DNA of 64,000 nt from Eledone cirrhosa (Eukaryota). Both the position numbers and the translations under genes were made by a program. Where the stretch lies: contig OZ024760.1 of NCBI GenBank assembly GCA_964016885.1, positions 20,026,001-20,090,000 on the forward strand, in the 5' to 3' direction. The stretch's first letter is position 1. The number at the start of each line of letters is the position of its first letter. Shown here in pieces: positions 55,492-64,000 of the stretch. The notes under the pieces are model-generated. The model made no database searches, had not been told where the DNA came from, and was given only the letters and a program-made list of their open reading frames with translations.

Positions 55492-58363
55492 GCAAGGTGG
55501 TCGTGGAGGTGCCACGGCAAAGAAGCACCCAGCCCACACTGTAAAATGGACGTGTAGGCGCCACGAAAAAGCCCCCAGCACTCACTGTAAATGAGGTTGG
55601 TGTTAGGAAGGGCATCCAGCTGTAGAAATCAAGCCAAATCAGTTCCTGTATGAGCAAGGCATGGTCAGCCGACCAGACACTGCCCACAACAGGACAACCC
55701 ATCTAACCCATGCTAGCGTGGAAGAACGGACGTAAAACGGTGATGATGATGATGATAATGTATCACATTGAAGCTGAATCTGAAATAAGCCGACACCAGT
55801 CGAATTATTTGAGATGGTCCCTTCACACCCAATTCTACGAGGAATAAATAAATTTCACCATCAGAAATGTTAAAATGTTAAATGAATCTTGTTAGAAATC
55901 TTCAGCCAACCTGTAGCCATTCTTACTCCTTCAGTTCTCTCCACTTTTCTATCCAGTCTCACTCTCCTTCAACTTCAATAACATCTCAATCAATGTGGTC
56001 TTTAACATAACATCCCAGTCTGCCTGGTTGACAAACAGGTTCCACTCCTATTTCACAGTTCAGTGAATTTTGTAAAAACTTACATTTTATCTTTTAACAA
56101 TTACATTTCAACTTGTAACAAATATAATTTACAAGTGATAATTACAATTTTGATATTTTCTTTCTTTTTCATTTATTTTATCTAGAATTTAGTTGACCTT
56201 AACCAAATGGTGCACGACTTCTCATCTTTAGTAGAGGTAGGTCATAACTTCTCATCTTTAGTAGAGGGAGGTCATAACTTCTCATCTTTAGTAGAGGTAG
56301 GTCATAACTTCTCATCTTTAGTAGAGGGAGGTAATAACTTCTCATCTTTAGTAGAGGGAGGTAATAACTTCTCATCTTTAGTAGAGGTAGGTCATAGCTT
56401 TGTGTTATTTTAAATGGTAGCAATTAGTTCAGGGAGTCTGGTGTTACACTGAGGGAGTCTGTTGACAAGCTGACTACCTCACAGCTTGGGTGTAATTTAA
56501 CTGCACTTTGACTGCATACCTGTTGGGACTATGAAGAAAAATTAAGTATTTTTTGTCTATTTGCTCTTCATACTTATAATTTTATATATATATATATTTA
56601 TATATATATATATAGATAGATATATATATATAGATATATAAATATATATATATTTTTATATATATATAAATATATATATATATTTTTTTTCCTGTTACCA
56701 GAACCAACAAGAAAAAATCGACCAAATTGAAGAAAATCTTGAAACAACTCACGACAACGTCCAGGGTGGTGTTAAGAATCTTTCTAAGGTATCTCTGTTA
56801 TTTCAAATATCATCTCTGTGTATTTACTATTGTAAAGTATGTTTGGGAATTTACCACAAAGACCTTAAACTGTCAGAGTTGTTAGAGTTGAGAGACATTG
56901 GATTAAAAATACCTCAGCATTGCTTTTCATCCTTTCAAGGTTGATAGAGTACCAGTCAAATACTGGGGCCGGTTCTTTTTCTTAATATCTCTCTCTTTAC
57001 CTCCATCTCCATCTCTCTCTCCCTCCATCTCCATCTCTCTCTCCCTCCATCTCTCTCTCTCTCCATCTCACAATATTTTGTTGTTTTTATTCCAGAGTGC
57101 TAAAATAAAAACTGCCATGATACCCTTAGCTGGAGCATTGGTGGGTGGTATAGTTGGTGGACCCCTTGGATTTGTAGCTGGTGCTAAGCTTGGTGGTGTA
57201 GCTGCTGCGATGGGCGGTGGACTTATTGGTAAGTACCACACTGTGACACCTTTGTTTTTATATGAACGACTATGACACCCCTAGGGTGGAAGAAGATTAG
57301 GGAGCTACTACCATTGTTGACAACAAATGGACGAATGTATGACACCCCTAGGGCTACATGGTAGTGAAACATGGGCTGTGACTGCAGAGGACATGTGGTG
57401 CTACATGGTAGTAAAACATGGGCTGTGACTGCAGAGGACATGTGGTGCTACATGGTAGTGAAACATGGGCTGTGACTGCATAGGACATGTGTTGCTACAT
57501 GGTAGTGAAACAGGTTTTGACTGCATAGGACATTTTGTGCTACATGGGCTGTGACTGCAGAGGACATGTGGTGCTACATGGTAGTGAAACATGGGCTGTG
57601 ACTGCAGAGGACATGTGGTGCTACATGGTAGTGAAACATGGGTTGTGACTGCATAGGACATTTTGTGCTACATGGTAGTGAAACATGGGCTGTTACTGCA
57701 GAGGACATGTGGTGCTACATGGTAGTGAAACATGGGTTGTGACTGCAGAGGACATGTGGTGCTACATGGTAGTGAAACATAGGTTGTGACTGCAGAGGAC
57801 ATGTGGTGCTACATGGGCTGTGACTGCAGAGGACATGTGGTGCTACATGGGCTGTGACTGCAGAGGACATATGTAGACTGGTGAGAAATTAAGAAACCAT
57901 GGTTTTTTGGATGTGCAATGTTAGAGAAAGGCAAACCTTGGCTGACGCTGAGACTCAGAAAGGAGATAATAAAGGAATGCAGTGAGTGGAGAGATGCTGA
58001 AAAGGATCTGTCCAACCCAAGCAAGCATGGAAAAACCAGTGTACTTCTACTGCAGCTTCATTCCACTCAGGACTTCCTTGGTCAACCTCTACTGGGATCT
58101 CCTGGTACCTCTGTCAGTCTCAGAAATTTGAGATCAGTACCACATCCATCCTAATTTTATAACCACCACCCCACCCCATAATGTTGAGTTTAAACTTTAA
58201 ATTATTTTTTCATTTTTCTTCAGGTTTTGTTGGTGGCAAAATATTGAAAAGGCGTCGTCAAAATATAGCCGAGATGGAGCTGAATAATTTGAGCAAGAAG
58301 GGTTCCGTCTCGTTACCAGATCTATCTGCAGTTAAAGAGGAAGAGACAAGCCCTGAAGCTTAA
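52015..58363 (+). CDS. STX17: Syntaxin-17 (autophagosomal Qa-SNARE), 7 coding exons: join(52015-52158,53331-53562,54911-55110,56186-56236,56702-56788,57096-57228,58224-58363), 328 aa
   Basis: The spliced frame is 987 nt with GT-AG introns and phases 0,1,0,0,0,1. It has motifs characteristic of STX17: DLGRLHQHRRNIEK, NAGRTVQQ, PQDSQAAESW, DFSSLVENQQEKIDQIE (Qa SNARE), the Gly-zipper double TM hairpin PLAGALVGGIVGGPLGFVAGAKLGGVAAAMGGGLIGFVGG, and a basic tail KILKRRRQ. Confidence 0.95.
52285..53187. repeat. 80-bp minisatellite, about 11 copies, filling most of STX17 coding intron 1
   Basis: GGGCCCCAGTCCTATCATG recurs every 80 nt. Confidence 0.93.
53331..53562 (+). CDS. STX17: STX17 exon 2 (YSRLDDL...NAGRTVQQ...EEESD)
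   Basis: TTGTTCAG acceptor and G|GTCAGT donor; Habc-region similarity to STX17. Confidence 0.92.
54434..54560 (+). mobile_element. SINE 5' part (tRNA-like head plus CORE-like motif); related heads at 45300-45361 (-) and 37968-38030 (+)
   Basis: TGGCTGAGTGG...GTTTGATTCC...GTCCTTGAGCAAGAC. Confidence 0.75.
54911..55110 (+). CDS. STX17: STX17 exon 3 (EVCDNIL...PQDSQAAESWQNLKE)
   Basis: Long pyrimidine tract 54780-54905, CAG acceptor, GAA|GTAAGT donor, phase 1 to 0. Confidence 0.9.
55497..55756 (+). mobile_element. RTE-family 3'-tail element in STX17 intron 3; a related copy lies at 14600-14770 (-)
   Basis: Shared GGTTGGTGTTAGGAAGGGCATCCAGCTGTAGAAA core and (GAT)n tail. Confidence 0.8.
56186..56236 (+). 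CDS. STX17: STX17 exon 4 (NLVDLNQMVHDFSSLVE), N-terminal half of the SNARE motif
   Basis: TCTAG acceptor and GAG|GTAGGT donor; aligns by recall with vertebrate DLIELSQLVTDFSLLV. Confidence 0.88.
56217..56400 (+). repeat. 30-bp tandem array (6 copies) spanning the STX17 exon-4 3' end and splice donor
   Basis: Unit CTCATCTTTAGTAGAGG(T/G)AGGT(C/A)ATAACTT. Confidence 0.93.
56702..56788 (+). CDS. STX17: STX17 exon 5 (NQQEKIDQIEE...GVKNLSK), contains the zero-layer Gln
   Basis: TTACCAG acceptor and AAG|GTATCT donor. Confidence 0.92.
57096..57228 (+). CDS. STX17: STX17 exon 6, glycine-zipper transmembrane hairpin
   Basis: TTCCAG acceptor and G|GTAAGT donor; the Lys between the two TM segments is kept. 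Confidence 0.94.
57353..57870 (+). repeat. 47-bp minisatellite derived from LINE RT coding sequence (STX17 intron 6)
   Basis: Unit GCTACATGGTAGTGAAACATGGGCTGTGACTGCAGAGGACATGTGGT encodes [14 protein letters not shown]. Confidence 0.85.
58224..58363 (+). CDS. STX17: STX17 terminal coding exon (FVGGKILKRRRQ...TSPEA*)
   Basis: TTCTTCAG acceptor, phase 1, TAA at 58361-58363. Confidence 0.92.
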
Positions 58364-59375
58364 TTAATGTTGACGAACTTTTCATTTCTTACCTCCAATG
58401 CCAATCTCCATTCCCAAAAAGCCAGGAATAATAAAGACAATCTTAAAACCTTTAGATTCCTGAACTAAACTTTGGCAAGCTTCCTTACCACCGAACCTAA
58501 TTCCAAAGACAGGAATACAAAGAAAAATTATTTGAAGCTGAGGACAAAAATATAATTTGGATGTGTAAAAAACTAATTTTACCATTCACCAAAATGCTAA
58601 TTATCAATTGGCCGTTTTTAATTAAAATTATTCGATAGTTACCTGTAGTCTTACAATTTGGAACGTTAATAATTGCTATTGCTGGGGCATTTAGTTCGCT
58701 TCGTTAAATTTAACACCTTAATTGCTGAATGTTTTACTAAGAGGTACGCAATGTTGATGCTGCTACTACTTGCCCTTACCCCCTCCTCTGTAACAAACTA
58801 CACACTCATATAATCATCATCATCATCTTCATCACCACCTCCACCCCCTCCTCTCTAACAATCCACACACTCATATAATCACCATCGTCGACATCAATAA
58901 CCCTTTAGCATTTACACAAGATTTTGATATTATTTATTTTGAAAACAATACCTTGACATCAGAATGTATGGCTGGTTATAGCCAGTTTAAACAGAAAGAG
59001 GTGAGAGGATTCTGGCCAGTTACGGTTGGTTTAAATGCTAAAGGGTTAGGATATCCAAATATTTAATTTATGTGTTCTATGTTTCCTGTATAAAGCTGAC
59101 AGCCAGGATTATAGGAGTAGAGGAGTTCTTGTCAGTCTGTTTCACTCCAATGATCTCTCCATCCTACTGCCCTACACTTTAAAATGAAGTTGCGTCTAAT
59201 GCTGGATTGTCTCCATCGAGAGGGATGGTCATATCTATCTGAAGCTGTTGATATTAAAGTCTTCTTTGTTTTTTGACAAAATTGATTTAGTTGATATTTT
59301 TATTACTGTCCTGGAACACTGACTCATGTATACAAGTATGTGTATAGTGTATATGTGTGTATATATATATATATA

Positions 59376-59636
59376 TCATCATTCATCATTTCATTTTGCG
59401 TCCGCTTTTCCCTGCTTGCAAGGGTGGAACGGGAACTGATTCTGGCTTGATTTCTACAGCTGGATGCCCTTCCTAACACCAACCTCATTTACAGTGAGTG
59501 CTGGGTGCTTTTTTGCCGTGGCACCTCCACGACCACTTTGCAAAGTGTCTTGTTCAAGGAAACAACACATCACCCGGTCTGAGAATTGAACTCACAACCT
59601 TTCGATTGCAAGGCCAATGCTCTACCCACTAAGCCA

Positions 59637-59639
<3 letters not shown>
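59376..59639 (-). mobile_element. Internally deleted copy of the same SINE
   Basis: Reverse-complement match to the head and tail of 32117-32476. Confidence 0.8.
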
Positions 59640-59722
<83 letters not shown>

Positions 59723-60374
59723 CATGCATGTATATAAATATGTATCATATAAATATGTCTATCTATATAAATAGTCAGGTCACTCACGAGTGCTACTGGT
59801 AACATGTAACCCAGTACAACCTGTCACATGGTCATGTAGGAGAAGAGTATACATGTTCTGGTCAAGAAGAGGACCCCTGTCAGTCTGGTGTTGGTTTTAT
59901 TATTAGACCTGACATTGCTAGATCCCTAACATCATTCCCCAAAGGTGTCTGACCCTTTCTCTGGATCTAGCAGGCAACACCTTTGTTACCCCAGTGAGTT
60001 GTTACACCCCAACTTTTATCAGCTCCACACAGTGCCCTCCACTGTTCTAGACAAGAACAAGTTCATCATAATGGGAGTTAAAAATGACTATCAAACTTGT
60101 TATGGCATTCTTGGTTTAATGGAGTAGGAACTATGGAACTAGGCTGCTTTTCAACAACTGGCAAACCATAAGACAACAATGGATGTATCCTAGATCCTAG
60201 CATTGGCACATGATTGACTATGTCATCACACACAAGTGTAATCTAAAAGATTTCAAAATCATTTGTTCTATGTCACTCTTCTTGCTATCTCTCGGATCAT
60301 GATATTCTCCTCATATATATAAGTATGTATCTTATTCATATGTCTATATGTACATAGGTGTGTATATATATATA

Positions 60375-61295
60375 GTCAGGTCACTCACGAGTGCTACTGG
60401 TAACCTGTAGCCCAGTACAACCTGTCACATGGTCTTGTTGCCAACTTAACAGGCAACCCCGCTAAACTTGGTGAGGAGGGTGATTTTTGGACAAAGGGCC
60501 AGGGAAACTCTTGAGAGTCAAAGCTGTCCAATATCTGGTTGTGTTAAACAATTTGGTTTAACAATTAGCATTGGGAAGACAGGTGGTACGTGAACCACTC
60601 CCACACAAGTAGCTGTTGGGTAAGGCATACCCATGTCCCCTGTTCATTGGCAAGGATCTGAGCTGTGTGGACCACGGTGGATAGCTTCACATCCCTGGAT
60701 GATGGAATTGCAGGTCGCGCCTCGTGGACAGCTGATGCCCTTCACAGACAGCATCATCACCTTAGAGATGTATTCCTGTGGGGGAAAAGGTTTCAGTGTA
60801 CAGCTCGGAATCATGGATGCTTTGTTGCAGCCACATTTACAGGCTCATGTCTTCCTCAAACACTGTCTCTGCACTTTCTGACAGCCTCCAGTGCTAATCT
60901 CTTCACAGGGTGCACCATTCGTGTGATTGGGTCCCAAGGAACTCTTATACAGTCAACTTCATAATGGTGCATGTAATGCAGGCAGACCACTACTCAGATT
61001 TAAAGATTAACTGAAGTACAATTTTAAATCTGTGAACATACTCCTTACTTCTTTTGAAGCCCTGGCTGCTGACCATGTGAGGGGAAGGGGCTGTCTGTGT
61101 AGGGAACTGAAAAACCTTGCTTTGTTGGATGAATCTGGCACGAAGATCTTGTCAGATATGACATCCTGCTCCACTCAGGGTCGTGTCGTCTGCTCTGGGT
61201 GCAGCGTTGTGTGTGGATCGACAGCAGGACTGAAGTACCATTTAAGAGAAAACTGTTGAACCCTCATACGTCAATGCACGACAGGAGAGTCCATT
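60375..61295 (+). mobile_element. Decayed RTE/BovB-like element; its 5' region recurs at 59772-59840 (+) and 16036-16210 (-)
   Basis: Shared start GTCAGGTCAC...GCTACTGGTAAC...CCCAGTACAACCTGTC; C-terminal C-x2-C-x3-C-x-S-x-AGL-x2-H motif near 61190-61250. Confidence 0.55.
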
Positions 61296-63259
61296 GTATG
61301 TATATGTATATATATCTTCTTTGTATAAAAACTAAACAACCATCCAGTTATTAAATTATAAGAAATTGAAGTGAACACCGACAAGTGCGTGTGTTTTTAT
61401 TGGCAGCATGACCCTCCCGAAGTATAATTATATATACACAGATGTTTTGTTCGCGCATCGGTTTCTAAATTTCATGCGCACTTAGTTTAAATTAAATAAA
61501 GTTTTAAAAACGAACGATGTGAATATTTTCTAACTTGTAATAAAGCTGAAGAAAACTAGGATTTTTACAACTTTATAAAAAGGTAAAGTAGAGTTTTATG
61601 TTACATTGAAATATCTTGGTAAATATTTTGTTCTTAGTTCTGTTCATAATATTAACAACTATTTTAAACCGTAGCAAGTTGTAACGTGTTTCGAATTAAA
61701 TATACACAGCCTACCTTAGATTAATTTAATTAAAATAGAATTTAGCATATTTATATATGTGTATATATATTACGTTGAGGTATTTTGATAAATGTAATAT
61801 TTCTATTCTCTTTCCTTTATTTTTCTTTGTAATGCTCCAGTAAGCATTTGAATTTAGTACATAAGGTGGGTTAAGTTTTAAATGTCGATTTTGAACGAAC
61901 TTGGCCTTCAAATAACTAAAACAAGCATTCGTTTGATGGAATTACGTTGATTAATGGCTTCAGTTTAATATGTAATATATACGTATTTATATATGTGTAT
62001 ATATATATATATATATATTGTTACGTTGAGGTATTTTGATAAATGTAATATTTCTACTTCCTGTCGTAATCGTGTTATTCTTTGTGGTCTCCGATAAAAT
62101 ATATGTGAGTCCCCTATGTTATGCAACTATAAAAGGCAAGCTAAACATTTTTGTGTCCACTTTAACAAAATGATAGGGACTGCGGCCCTTATTAAAGCAC
62201 CTGAGAATGAGGGCGTGACTTGTTGTTATTTTATTCGAATAGGCTACTTTGCCGGTCCCGATAAAATAGACAAACATGCTTTTTAAGCATTGCCATGACA
62301 GGAATTTGATAAAATATTTTTTTCTCTGTAACACTTGATTTGCATTTATGAAATCGTAAGTCTATGAATTTGTTGTTAGAGATGAAAACCATGTGTATTT
62401 TTATGTAACTTAAACAAACCGGACCCTCAGATTCATCGGAAATTAACTGCGAGATTTGTTGATAATAACTACCCTGAAAAACAGTTTGATTTCGGGGTAT
62501 TTACAATAAAATTGTACCTTTGCAGAGAAGATTCGTGAAACCCAGGAACTATTTATGGTCTGTGTTGACACTGTCAATCGGAAAATCCTCAAAAGGCATA
62601 GAGCATCAAATTGTGAATGCTCTGAACACTTTGCTGTTTTTGTAATGCTCCAGTAACGATTTGGTGAGTGGTGTTAGATTTCCGTGATTACCTGGCACTT
62701 CTTCACACACTACCTATCATACCCAGTTTCATCGGCTACAGTCGACCTTTCGTACGTTCTATCTACTAATATATACTGTCTTAATCTTCCTTGTAGCAAT
62801 TAATTGGAAATAAAAAGTGGAAGAATGGTATAAAATGTAACTCTTTTATTGACCCAAAACGTACATAAATGTCTTTTATTGCTGAATTTTCATCGTTTTT
62901 CTTTCTCTCTCAGGTGTCAAACGAAGTTTCGTGAAGGATAAAAGTATCTGTTAAATAAAAGATGTTAAAAAGTATATGCGAATTGTGTTCAGTTATTGTA
63001 ACATGGCTGTCAATAAAGCTTTGTCCTAAATTAGGTTAAGTTATTGGAGTTATCTCCCCTTCGAAACTATGAAAAGGTCTATGCAATTCTGAGTAGGTAA
63101 TTAGTGTTGGAGTTAGTAGAATTGCAAGGGAAGATAACTGAGTGTATTATATTGGTGTTGGAGTTATCTTCCCTTAGAAACTATTAAAGGGAGGTAAATT
63201 ATATATTAAAAGAAAGGAATTAAGTGTCATTCTCGGTCAAAGAGGTAACTAAATAAAGT

Positions 63260-63800
63260 GTCTAGAGAAACTAAGGGAGATAAGAATGTAAATGATCTAT
63301 ATTAAGAATGTAAATAGTCTATTTAAGAATGTAAATGTATCTAGAGAAACTAAGGGAGATAAGAATGTAAATGATCTATATTAAGAATGTAAATGACTAA
63401 AACTAAGAATGTAAATAGTCTATTAAAGAAATTAAGAATGTAAATGTATCTAGAGAAACTAAGGGAGATAAAGTACATGACTAAAACTAAGAATGTAAGT
63501 GTATCTAGAGAAACTAAGGGAGATAAGAAAGTAAATGACTAAAACTAAGAATGTAAATAGTCTATTAAAGAAATTAAATCTAGAGAAACTAAGGGAGATA
63601 AGAAAGTAAATGACTAAAACTAAGAATGTAAATGTATCTAGAGAAACTAAGGGAGATAAGAAAGTAAATGACTAAAACTAAGAATGTAAATGACCTATTA
63701 AAGAAATTAAGAATGTAAATAGAGAAACTAAGGGAGTAGGAAAGTGAATGACTAATGAACTAAGGGAGATAATAAGTAAATGACTAAGAATCTCCACCAT
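63260..63800. repeat. Irregular modular A-rich tandem repeat
   Basis: Shuffled modules CTAGAGAAACTAAGGGAGATAAG, AAGAATGTAAAT and GACTAAAACT. Confidence 0.8.
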
Positions 63801-64000
63801 TATTAAAGAAACTAAGAGAATCGTTTTGTAATAATAATTGTCTATAATGAGAATGTGACTACTCTGTTTAAAGAATCTAAATCAAGGGGAGATAATTCAT
63901 TTTTTTTTTTTTAGTAAAAACAATTCTTTAAGGTGGTCTGGGACGGGCCTTGCATTGATATGCCGGCCCAGAGAGTCCCAGGCCTTTTTAGCAATCGCAC

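Overview
AT-rich, microsatellite-saturated metazoan genomic DNA. The SINE/LINE types and the (TA)n/(CA)n/(GGT)n density suggest an octopod cephalopod (inference). One gene can be assembled with confidence: a + strand syntaxin-17 (STX17) with 7 coding exons at 52015-58363, 328 aa, all introns GT-AG with consistent phases. A second, unidentified + strand multi-exon gene probably runs through about 2.7-38 kb as small exons in unique-sequence islands. The rest is mobile and repeat DNA: a 5'-truncated RTE-clade LINE with an open RT frame, SINEs that share its 3' tail, Tx1-like and CRE-like fragments, a TTAA-flanked piggyBac-type MITE, Tc1/mariner-type MITEs, and Penelope-like inverted repeats carrying hammerhead-ribozyme cores. 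Three observations stand out. (i) A 30-bp in-frame tandem array multiplies the STX17 exon-4 splice donor inside the Qa-SNARE motif. (ii) Many minisatellites can be traced to single-copy source sequences in the same window (MITE interior, LINE RT coding sequence, LINE 3' UTR). (iii) Several fold-back repeats have boundaries that coincide with hammerhead cores. Almost all ORFs in the supplied track are microsatellite or minisatellite artefacts. All family assignments are by motif recognition; no database search was run.
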